Below, in pieces: positions 1 to 8,043 of a stretch of 64,000 bases of DNA. The position numbers and the translations under genes are program-made. Below the pieces are notes generated by a model. That model searched no databases and was not told where the DNA came from. It saw only the letters and a list, made by a program, of their open reading frames with translations. Positions within the stretch are counted from its first letter, which is position 1, and each line of letters opens with the position of its first letter. Source of the DNA: Vicinamibacteria bacterium (GTDB lineage: Bacteria; Acidobacteriota; Vicinamibacteria; Marinacidobacterales; Marinacidobacteraceae); contig OZ241322.1 of NCBI GenBank assembly GCA_965199715.1, forward strand, positions 2,112,001-2,176,000, given 5' to 3'.

Positions 1-927
1 CAGCGTCTTGTGGGGATCGAGCACGACCGAGTCGGAGTCCTCGATTCCCTCGAACAGGTCGCGGCGCGCCGGGACCAGCAGGTAGAACCCGCCGTAGGCC
101 GCGTCCACGTGGTGCCACAGCCCGGCGGAGCGGGCGATCTCGCCCACCTCGCGAATCGGATCCACGACCCCGGTGTTCGTCGTTCCGCCGGTGGTGACGA
201 CGAGCCACGGCCGCAGCCCGGCCCGCTGGTCGTCGCGGATCAGGCCGGCGAGCGACTCGGGGACCATCCGGTGGCGCTCGTCGGCGGCGACGATCCGGCA
301 CTGCGCCTCGCCGGCGCCGGCCAGATGCACCGCCTTTCGCACCGAGTAGTGCTCCTCGTTCGACACATAGACGACAGCGTTCTCGAAGTCGCGGCCCTTC
401 AGCCCCTTGGCTTCCCGCGCCGCGATGATCGCGGTCAGCCCGGCGACGCTCCCGCCGGACGTGAGCGTGCCGCCCGAGGTCTTCGGATACCCGACCAGCT
501 CGGCGATCCATTCCACCATCCGGTTCTCGAGGAGCGCCGCTCCCGAGCTCGCGGGAAAGTAGCCGGCGAAGGCGTTCCCGATCGCGGCCAGCCAGTCGCC
601 CAGCGCCGACGTGAACACGCCGCCGCCGGGAACCCAGCCGAAGTCCCGGGGCGAGGCGGGATTGAGGCCCTGTTCCTCGATCTCTCGCCGGACCAGGTCC
701 AGCACCTCGCCGATGCTGCGGCCCTCCTCCCCGATCTCCAGTGTCGCGATCTCCGACGCGCCGGACGGGTTCCGCCACCCCGGCCCGGTCTCGAGCGCCT
801 CGAGGAACCGTTCCGTGTGCGCGCGCGTGGCGTCCTGCAGCGTCTCGCGTTCGGCGGCGTCCGGTTCCAGCCGCTCGCCCCGCCGGCGCAGCCGCTCGGC
901 CCTTCGTCTCAGTTCCTTCGCGTCCAC
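1..927 (-). CDS. Group II PLP-dependent (aromatic amino acid/glutamate-type) decarboxylase, 3' end truncated by the window
   Basis: Not in the ORF track. Manual translation from GTG at 927 gives GTLTSGGS, TTGGTTNTGVVDPI, WHHVDAAYGG and SVVLDPHK (PLP lysine) at the window edge. Confidence 0.88.
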   Translation of the reverse strand, partial: MDAKELRRRAERLRRRGERLEPDAAERETLQDATRAHTERFLEALETGPGWRNPSGASEIATLEIGEEGRSIGEVLDLVRREIEEQGLNPASPRDFGWVPGGGVFTSALGDWLAAIGNAFAGYFPASSGAALLENRMVEWIAELVGYPKTSGGTLTSGGSVAGLTAIIAAREAKGLKGRDFENAVVYVSNEEHYSVRKAVHLAGAGEAQCRIVAADERHRMVPESLAGLIRDDQRAGLRPWLVVTTGGTTNTGVVDPIREVGEIARSAGLWHHVDAAYGGFYLLVPARRDLFEGIEDSDSVVLDPHKTL

Positions 928-2291
928 GACGGAATCCTACGCATTCCGAGCCCGTAGCCGAGCGCGCTCAGGGCGGTCAGCCCGAACGCCGTCGGCAGCG
1001 GCGTCTGGAGGAATCCGTCCCAGCCGAGCGCGACGTGGAGCAGCCACCCGCCGGTTCCGAACGCCATCGAAGCGAGCGCCGCGGTCTCGCCCCCGCGCTG
1101 CCCGAAGAGCCCGAGCGTGAGCGGCACGAAGAGCCCGACGAGGGTCAGCTCGTAGGCGTCCGCCAGCAGCGACCGCGCGCTCGCCCCGGAAAGGCCCTGG
1201 GCGAGGCTCGCGCCGCCGACGACGAGCACCGCGACCCGGGTGAGCCGGAGCGCGCCGGTCTTCGGGAAAACGTGCCGCATCAGGTTCCAGCCGAGCACCG
1301 AGGCCGCCGACATGAGCGCGCTGTCCACCGTCGAGAGCAGCGCCGAGACGACGAGCACCGTGACGACGAGCGTCGCGAGCGGGCTGAGGATCACGTCCAG
1401 CAGCGCCGCGCCTTCGGGGAGCGTCCGCGCGGCGATGAGGCCGGACAGCGCCGGCAGCGCTCCCAGCAGGCAGTAGAGGATCCCGGCGAGCACGCACGAC
1501 CGCCGCGCCTGGGCTCCGGTCCGGCAGGACAGCACCCGCTGCATCACGTCCTGCCCGGGAACGTTCCCGAGCGCGCCGGCGGCGAGAAGCCCGGCCCACA
1601 TGAGCAGCGGCTCGCCTCCGGCGGGGAAGGGGCGCAGCATCTGCGGCGGGGTCTCCGCGCCGAGGCGCGCGAGCCCGGCGAGGACCGAGCCGTCCCCGAA
1701 GCCGGCCAGCGCCGTGACCGCGACCGCGCCGAGTCCGATCGCCACGAGCGCCATCTGGCCGGCGTCGGTGAGCGTGACCGACCACATGCCGCCCGCCATG
1801 GTGCAGCCCACGGCGAGCGCGGTCACCACGAGCAGCGAGCCAAGTTCCGGCGTTCCGAGCGCGTCCGCGACGAGCGAGCCGAGGACGGTGAGCTGGGCGG
1901 CGATCCACCCGAGGAAACTCGCGACCATGACGACCGCGGCGAGGACTTCGGCGCGGCGCCCGAAGCGCTCCGCGAAGAAGTCGCCGAGCGTCAGGAGACC
2001 GGCGCGGCGGAGCGGGACCGCGTAGAACAGGCCCACGAGCACGAGGCAGATTCCCGGGCCGATGGGCTCGAGCGCGGCGGCCTCGATCCCGCGACGGCGC
2101 ACTTCCTCCGCCGAGGTCAGCAGCGTTCCGGCCCCGAACCAGGTCGCGAGCAGGCCGAGCGTGGCGAGCGGGGTTCCGAGCCGCCGCCCGGCCACGGTGA
2201 AGTCGGCGAAGGAGCCGACCCGCCGCCACGCCAGCGCCGCGACCGCGATCAGCCCGGCGGCGTAGAGGCCGAGCGCGACCGCCGCGATCAG
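909..2291 (-). CDS. Sodium:solute symporter (SSS/SLC5, choline-transporter-like)
   Basis: Multi-TM ORF with DF.VAGR, ATWFGAGT, GGMWSVTLTD, QDVMQR and SALLSTVDS motifs. The frame extends upstream of GTG 2195 through a first TM helix to a CTG at 2291. Confidence 0.85.
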   Translation of the reverse strand: MIAAVALGLYAAGLIAVAALAWRRVGSFADFTVAGRRLGTPLATLGLLATWFGAGTLLTSAEEVRRRGIEAAALEPIGPGICLVLVGLFYAVPLRRAGLLTLGDFFAERFGRRAEVLAAVVMVASFLGWIAAQLTVLGSLVADALGTPELGSLLVVTALAVGCTMAGGMWSVTLTDAGQMALVAIGLGAVAVTALAGFGDGSVLAGLARLGAETPPQMLRPFPAGGEPLLMWAGLLAAGALGNVPGQDVMQRVLSCRTGAQARRSCVLAGILYCLLGALPALSGLIAARTLPEGAALLDVILSPLATLVVTVLVVSALLSTVDSALMSAASVLGWNLMRHVFPKTGALRLTRVAVLVVGGASLAQGLSGASARSLLADAYELTLVGLFVPLTLGLFGQRGGETAALASMAFGTGGWLLHVALGWDGFLQTPLPTAFGLTALSALGYGLGMRRIPSWTRRN

Positions 2292-2476
2292 GGCTTTTTC
2301 CGCAGGAGAAGCGCGAGTTGGACCAGCGGCGCGCCGAGCAGCAGCGCCGCCATCAACCAGCCGAACGTCGCGACTCCGAGGAACGCGCCGCCGCCCCAGA
2401 TCGGCAGGAACGCGACGACCGAGAAGCCGACGAGGCCCAGCAGCATGGCGCGGTCCCGCGCCGCCATCGGGAACAT
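2288..2476 (-). CDS. Small 2-TM membrane protein, probable SSS accessory subunit
   Basis: 62 aa, MFPMAARDRAMLLGLVGFSVVAFLPIW...LRKKP. TGATG-coupled to the upstream SSS gene. Confidence 0.7.
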   Translation of the reverse strand: MFPMAARDRAMLLGLVGFSVVAFLPIWGGGAFLGVATFGWLMAALLLGAPLVQLALLLRKKP

Positions 2477-3891
2477 CAGGCGTGCAGCCTCGCCACCGCG
2501 TCGAGGCGGTCCGGCGGATCGCTCCGGCCGAGCCGGGCCCCGAGGATCATCGCGAGGAGGCTGAGCGGGAGCGCGACCACGATGGGCGGGAGCGCGGTTC
2601 CCGCGAAGAGCGCCGCCGCGTAGGCGACGACGCCGACGACGAGCGCCGCGACGCCTCCCGCGAGGTTGGCCCGCTTCCACCACAACCCGAGGACCACCGG
2701 GACGAAGAGCCCGGCGGACAGCAGGCCGACGCCGGCGGTGTAGAACTGGGAGAGCACCTCCGGCGGCGACCACGCCCAGTAGAGCGCCGCCGCCCCCACC
2801 ATCCAAGTGGCGCCCATCCGCGCTGCGTTCTGGACGAGCTGCGACCGACCCCGCAGCCATCCGCCGAGAAGGTCGTGGGCGATCGCCGAGCTCACCGCGA
2901 GCAGGAAGGCGTCGGTCGTGGACATGACCGCGGCCAGCACCCCCGCCGCCGCGAGGCCCCGGAACAGCGGCGGGAAGTGCCCGCCGATCACCTGGAGGAA
3001 CACTTGATCGGGATCCGTCAGGCCCGGGTACAGGAGGACGCCGACCGGGGCGATCACGAGCACCGCGAGGAAGATCATGAAGCTGTAGCCGACCATGGCG
3101 AGGTTCAGCGAGAGCCGCGCGCTTTCGGGGTTCTTCGCGGTCGCGACGCGCATCACGATGTGCGGGATCACCGGGATCGCGGTGGCCCAGATCACGAAGA
3201 AGCCGAGATGGCCGAGACCGCTTTCGGGCAGCGCGCCGAACTCGGGCAGGGCGCGGGTCGCACCATCGACGAGCGCGAGCGGCGATCCGTGGGCCCAGAC
3301 CAGCGCCACGGCGGCCCCGACCATCACGAGGAACATGACCGCCCCTTGGATGAGGTCGGTCTGCGTGACCGCGACCATGCCGCCGAAGGAGACGTAGAGC
3401 ACGAACACCACGGTGGCGACGGCGATGGCGGTGTCGTACGGCACGCCGAGGAACACTTCGGCGGTGATCCCGGCCGCCTTCATCTGGGCGACCATGTACA
3501 CGGTCAGCGCGACCACGATCACGACCGGGACGAGCGTCCGCACGACCGGATGCGGGAACCGGAAGGCCATGAAGTCGGTGATCGTGAACTTCCCGAACCG
3601 CCGCAGCGGCCCCGCGACCAGCACCGTGGCCAGCGGGAACCCCACGACCGCGCCGGTGAATAGCGCGAGCGTCGCCGGGATCCCGCCCTCGTAGGCGAGC
3701 CCGAGCACGCCCACGAGCGAGCCGCCGCTCGCGATCGCGGCCATGATCGCGAAGGCGTTGGTCCACGTGCCGATCCGCCGCCCGGCCACCCAGTACTCGG
3801 ACTCCGAGCCGAGCACCCGGCGGGTCGCGAGCGCCCCGACCCCGAGGCAGACGCCGAGGTAGCCGAGAACCAGCCAGTGCTCGAGCGTCAC
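2476..3891 (-). CDS. Sodium:solute symporter (PutP/PanF/ActP-like)
   Basis: EYWVAGR, ASGGSLVG, GGMVAVTQTD, PHIVMR and AAVMSTTD motifs. GTG 3891 overlaps the halogenase stop (GTGA). Confidence 0.88.
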   Translation of the reverse strand: MTLEHWLVLGYLGVCLGVGALATRRVLGSESEYWVAGRRIGTWTNAFAIMAAIASGGSLVGVLGLAYEGGIPATLALFTGAVVGFPLATVLVAGPLRRFGKFTITDFMAFRFPHPVVRTLVPVVIVVALTVYMVAQMKAAGITAEVFLGVPYDTAIAVATVVFVLYVSFGGMVAVTQTDLIQGAVMFLVMVGAAVALVWAHGSPLALVDGATRALPEFGALPESGLGHLGFFVIWATAIPVIPHIVMRVATAKNPESARLSLNLAMVGYSFMIFLAVLVIAPVGVLLYPGLTDPDQVFLQVIGGHFPPLFRGLAAAGVLAAVMSTTDAFLLAVSSAIAHDLLGGWLRGRSQLVQNAARMGATWMVGAAALYWAWSPPEVLSQFYTAGVGLLSAGLFVPVVLGLWWKRANLAGGVAALVVGVVAYAAALFAGTALPPIVVALPLSLLAMILGARLGRSDPPDRLDAVARLHA

Positions 3892-5120
3892 GCGGTCGCC
3901 GGCGCCCCGTAGGGTAGGTCGGGCGGCGTGCGGGCGAACTCGGCGAGGGCGCGCTGGAGCGCGGTGAAGTCGCGGGTCAGGTTCCCGATCAGGCAGTCGG
4001 TGAGGTCGCTCCGCAGATCCGGATGCGCCTCCAGCAGGTCGGCGAACCGGAACCCCTCGTCGTAGAACGCGTACACCAGCTTGCGCATCGCCTCGAGGCT
4101 CGCCGTCAGCTCGCGCCCGTACTCCGCGAACCGCTCGGCTCCGAAGTCCCCGTCGCGGATGGCCGAAACCGCCGCGTCCGCCGCCATCTCGCCGCTGCGC
4201 AGCGCGAGGAAGACCCCCGACGAGAAGACCGGGTCGAGGAAGGCGAAGGCGTCGCCGGCGAGGAGGAGACCCTCGGTCGCGCAATGCCGGGAGCGGTAGG
4301 AGTAGTCCCCGGTGACGCGCACCGGGCCGACCCGGGTGGCCGGGCGAAGGCGCTCCCGGATCCACGGGTTGGACTCGGTCTCGCGCGCGAACGCGCGCTC
4401 GGGGTCGCGGCCCTCCCGGTAGAGCCATGAGGCCTCCGCCGTGGCCCCGACGCTCGTGAGCCCGCCGGGCAGGGGGATGTGCCAGATCCAGCCCTTCTCC
4501 GGGAGCATGGCGACGGTGGTTGCCCCGGCGTCGAAGGCCCGCGCCTTGAGGCCCCGGCGGAAGTAGGACCACAGCGAGACCTTCTTCAGCTTTGGGTCCA
4601 CCACCCGCCAGCCGAACGCGCGGGCGGCGAGCGCGTCGCGCCCCGTGCAGTCGATCGTCACCGGCGCCCTGAACACGGATCCGCCGGCGGCCTGGACTCC
4701 CTCGACTCGCCGTTCGTCGCCGAGAAGGTCCCGCGCCTGCGTGTCCTCGAAGACGGTCGCGCCCGACTTCCGGGCGTGGTCCAGCAGGATGCGGTCGAAG
4801 TCGGCGCGCGGCACCTGCCACGTCCGGGCGGCCTCGTGGTCGAGGCACTCGAAGAAATAGAACGGCCGCGACATCCGCCCCGAGGCCGAGGCGAACTGGA
4901 CGCTGTACTTGTTCACGAACCCCGCGTCCCGCACCGCGTCGGCCGCGCCGATCCGCTGGAGCGGGAAGAAGCACCACGGAAGGAGCGACTCGCCGACCTT
5001 GTAACGCGGGAAGCGGCGCTTCTCCAGCACCGCCGTCCGCATCCCCGCCTGCGCGAGGACGGACGCCGCCGTAGCCCCCGCCGGGCCGCCGCCGATGACG
5101 ACCGCGTCCCAGTCAGACAT
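3888..5120 (-). CDS. Flavin-dependent halogenase-family oxidoreductase
   Basis: GGGPAG FAD motif, FPRYKVGESL, a lysine in FVNKYS, the WxWxIP motif (GWIWHIP) and GDAFAFLDPVFSSGV. Confidence 0.8.
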   Translation of the reverse strand: MSDWDAVVIGGGPAGATAASVLAQAGMRTAVLEKRRFPRYKVGESLLPWCFFPLQRIGAADAVRDAGFVNKYSVQFASASGRMSRPFYFFECLDHEAARTWQVPRADFDRILLDHARKSGATVFEDTQARDLLGDERRVEGVQAAGGSVFRAPVTIDCTGRDALAARAFGWRVVDPKLKKVSLWSYFRRGLKARAFDAGATTVAMLPEKGWIWHIPLPGGLTSVGATAEASWLYREGRDPERAFARETESNPWIRERLRPATRVGPVRVTGDYSYRSRHCATEGLLLAGDAFAFLDPVFSSGVFLALRSGEMAADAAVSAIRDGDFGAERFAEYGRELTASLEAMRKLVYAFYDEGFRFADLLEAHPDLRSDLTDCLIGNLTRDFTALQRALAEFARTPPDLPYGAPATA

Positions 5121-6450
5121 AGGCGATCTCGCGGTGCTCCGGCAGGAAGAACATCGGCAGCACCCGGTCCACCCGCAGGATCCCGCGATCGCTCAGCACC
5201 GGCCCCGAATCGTTGATCTCCAGGTAGCCGGCGCCCTCCAGCAGCTTCAGTTGCTCGCCGAAGCGCTCCAGCACGTCGGTCCCGAAGTCGTCGAGGAATC
5301 GCCGGCGGGAGACCCGGCCCAGCTTCATCTGCAGGACGAACTGGCGGACGAGGCGCTCCTCGTCGGAGATGGGGAGCGCCCGCAGCGCTGGGAGCTCGCC
5401 CCGGCGCACCCGCTCCACGTAGGGGCCGATGGACGTCTCGTTCTGGTAGTGGCAGCCCGAGGCGTGGCCGAACGACGAGACCCCGATCGCCAGCATGTCG
5501 GCGCCTCGCCACAGCGCGTCCCGGTACACGAAGCCGCCCCGACCCGGATCGCGCACCGCCGTGTAGGCGCTCGACCGGGAGTAGCCGGCGGCCTCCAGCG
5601 CCGCGAACGCCTCGGCGGTCCAGCGCCGCTTCGTCTCCCAGTCGGGCAGCTCGAGCGTCTCCTCGCCGTCCTCGCGGATCCGCCGGGCGATGGTGGTGTT
5701 CCGGGGCACTTCCATCTGGTAGATCGTGACCGCGTCGGGGGCGAGCCGGATGGTTTCGCGAACCGCTTCCGTCCAGCGGGCGTCGTCGTCGCCGAGCATC
5801 CCCGCGATCAGGTCGATGTTGATCTGCGGAAAGCCGACCTCGCGCGCCCGGTCGAAGGCGTTCTCGATCTCCGCCGACCGGTGCGCGCGGTTGTTCGCCT
5901 CGAGGACGCCGTCGTGGAAGTGCTCCACGCCGAGGCTCAGCCGGGTGACGCCGAGCTCCCGGATGCGATCGAGCTTCCCCGGCGTGAGCGTGCCCGGCTC
6001 GCACTCGAAGGCGAACTCCTCTAGCTGCGAGAGATCCAGCGCCGCGTCGAGGCCCTCCATCAGGCCGTCTAGCTGCGCGACCGAGAGATACGACGGGGTG
6101 CCGCCGCCGAAGTAGAGGAACTGCAGCGGGCGCCGTCCGAAGGGCGCGCGCCCGAGCCGCCGCGCCTCGGCGACCACCGCGTCGAGGTACTCCCGCACGG
6201 CCGAAGCGTTCTTGTCGGTATAGACGCGGAAGTAGCAGAAATGGCAGCGCTTGCGGCAGAAGGGGATGTGGACGTAGGCGCCGAACGGGACCCCGGCGCG
6301 GCCGGGCCGGGCGATCCGGTCGAGCAGCGCCGGCACGTGGTCCGGCGACCAGAGCGAGAACGGCGGGTAGTTCGCGACGAAGTAGTTCCCGAGGCTCCCC
6401 TCGTCGTCGTCGGAGAGCAACGTCTCGGCGATTCTCTGGACCTCGGGCAC
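5113..6450 (-). CDS. HemN-like (class C) radical SAM protein
   Basis: YVHIPFCRKRCHFC (CxxxCxxC), YFGGGTPS, RLSLGVE and NIDLIAG. Lacks the PRYTSYP motif and the fourth Cys of true HemN. Confidence 0.88.
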   Translation of the reverse strand: MPEVQRIAETLLSDDDEGSLGNYFVANYPPFSLWSPDHVPALLDRIARPGRAGVPFGAYVHIPFCRKRCHFCYFRVYTDKNASAVREYLDAVVAEARRLGRAPFGRRPLQFLYFGGGTPSYLSVAQLDGLMEGLDAALDLSQLEEFAFECEPGTLTPGKLDRIRELGVTRLSLGVEHFHDGVLEANNRAHRSAEIENAFDRAREVGFPQINIDLIAGMLGDDDARWTEAVRETIRLAPDAVTIYQMEVPRNTTIARRIREDGEETLELPDWETKRRWTAEAFAALEAAGYSRSSAYTAVRDPGRGGFVYRDALWRGADMLAIGVSSFGHASGCHYQNETSIGPYVERVRRGELPALRALPISDEERLVRQFVLQMKLGRVSRRRFLDDFGTDVLERFGEQLKLLEGAGYLEINDSGPVLSDRGILRVDRVLPMFFLPEHREIAYV

Positions 6451-6459
6451 GGCGGCCCA

Positions 6460-6475
6460 AGTCTAGGCGTAGCAT
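6460..6475. promoter_or_regulatory. Back-to-back -10 hexamers for divergent, probably leaderless transcripts
   Basis: TAGACT on the minus strand (6465-6460) 9 nt before GTG 6450. TAGCAT on the plus strand (6470-6475) 7 nt before GTG 6483. No Shine-Dalgarno in the 32-bp gap. Confidence 0.5.
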
Positions 6476-6482
6476 CCCCCGC

Positions 6483-7274
6483 GTGCGCATCATCACGTGG
6501 AACCTGAACTCGATCCGCACCCGCCGCGCCCGGCTGCTGCGCCTGCTGCGGCGGCACCGGCCGGACTTCCTCTGCTTGCAGGAGCTGCGCGCCGAGCCGG
6601 AGGCGTTCCCGTGGATGGAGGTCCGGGCCGCCGGATACGCCGGCGCGGTCGAGTCGCAGGCGGCCCGCAACGGCGTCGCGGTGCTGTCCCGGGCGCCGGT
6701 CGAGACGCGGTCGCGCCGCCTCGCCGTCGGGGGTCGCGCCGAATCGCGTTTTCTCGACGTGGCGCAGGGTCCGCTGCGGGTGATGTCGGCGTACGTGCCG
6801 AACGGCAAGGCGGTAGCGCACGACGACTGGGGGTACAAGCTCGAGTGGCTCGGCGCGCTCCGGAATCATCTCGACGCGACCGCCCGGACCGACGAGCCGC
6901 TCGCGCTGTGCGGCGACTTCAACGTGGCGCCCGCCGACCGGGACGCCGCGGTCGCCAACCCGAACGGGGTCCTCTGCCACCCCTCGGGACGCGAGGCGCT
7001 CGCCGGCGTGGCCGAGTGGGGGCTCCAGGACGCCTACCGGCTCCGCCACCGGGAGGGCGAGGAGCCGGAGAAGGGGATCTACACGTGGTGGGACTACACC
7101 CGGCTCTCCTTCGCCCGGAACGTGGGAGCGCGCATCGACCACATCTACGTCACCGCGCCGCTCGCCGCCCGCCTCGTGGACGTCCGAGTGGACCGGGACG
7201 AGCGCCGCCAGCGCAAGGGCGAGGACATCCCCTCCGACCACGCTCCCGTGATCGCGGATTTCCGGGACGCGTGA
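6483..7274 (+). CDS. xth: Exodeoxyribonuclease III / AP endonuclease
   Basis: TWNLNSIR, LCLQE, YVPNG, CGDFNVAP, YTWWDY, RIDHI and SDHAPV. Confidence 0.95.
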   Translation: MRIITWNLNSIRTRRARLLRLLRRHRPDFLCLQELRAEPEAFPWMEVRAAGYAGAVESQAARNGVAVLSRAPVETRSRRLAVGGRAESRFLDVAQGPLRVMSAYVPNGKAVAHDDWGYKLEWLGALRNHLDATARTDEPLALCGDFNVAPADRDAAVANPNGVLCHPSGREALAGVAEWGLQDAYRLRHREGEEPEKGIYTWWDYTRLSFARNVGARIDHIYVTAPLAARLVDVRVDRDERRQRKGEDIPSDHAPVIADFRDA

Positions 7275-7362
7275 GGCTGCGTCGCTTCGAATCACCGACG
7301 TGCCGGATCCCGCGCCGTCCCGAGGCCGCTCGGCCCGCGCCGGAGGGAGCGGAATGGCTCCC

Positions 7363-7458
7363 AGCCTTGCACATGAGCCGCTGGGCCGATTTTGTTGAAG
7401 GTAGCCTTGCATGAATCGCGCTCCATCGCGTCCAACGCAAGGAACCTTGCATATGAGG
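7363..7458 (+). repeat. Three direct repeats (core CCTTGCA) with an exact 40-bp period; putative operator array
   Basis: agccttgcacatgag at 7363, agccttgcatgaat at 7403 and aaccttgcatatgag at 7443, in a locally AT-richer patch. Confidence 0.6.
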
Positions 7459-7650
7459 GACCGATCCGCTGGTCGGCTGCGCGCCGGACGCCACGTGCGT
7501 CAGCCGACTGGCCACAGAGCCTTCCTGCCCGAGCCGCTTCCGCCCGACCCGCCCGTCCGGATCGAGGGGGAGCTGCTGGACCCGCTCTCCCAAGCTGACC
7601 TGGCGCTGGGGCGCCTCGACGGCTCCGTGAGCACGTTGCCCAACCGCGCC
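7453..7650 (+). pseudogene. Fic-family protein, N-terminal remnant
   Basis: AGRHVRQPTGHRAFLPEPLPPDPP...LSQADLALGRLDGSVSTLPN resembles the N-terminus of Fic proteins. The resemblance stops abruptly and there is no HPFxDGNGR motif. Confidence 0.7.
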
Positions 7651-8043
7651 AAGCGGCGGCGATCTCCGCCACGGACATGGAGCCGCTCGTCGAGCAGGGC
7701 CGGGAGCGGCTGGACGCGGTGATCCACCGATGGCGCGCCGCCGGGGTCTCCGACGAGGCCATCGGGGAGTGGCGCGAGCGGGCGGAGGCTCTTTTTCGCC
7801 GAGGCGATCGCTCAAGGTTGTTCGCCGGACCCGAACACGGCGGAGGAGCGCTTCGAGGTCTCCGCCGGGCGACCCGAAGGGCCGTCGAGCCGGGCCGCAC
7901 CACCGAGGAGCGGGCGGCCTCGCTGATCGCGCAGTACGAGGAGCACGCGCCGATAGCGAACGCCCGGCCAGCCGTTGCGGGGCCCCCCGCGCTCCCCTAA
8001 AATGAGCGGTGCGGCTTTGCCCGGTTCTCGGCTGCCGCCCCCC

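Noticed and set aside
5113-6450. Calling the radical SAM protein hemN or hemW
   Set aside because: It lacks the HemN PRYTSYP motif and fourth Cys and the HemW CDF/HNxxYW signatures, so no gene symbol was assigned.
7363-7458. 40-bp periodic repeats as a mini CRISPR array
   Set aside because: The conserved unit is only about 7-15 bp, the period is too short and there are no cas genes.
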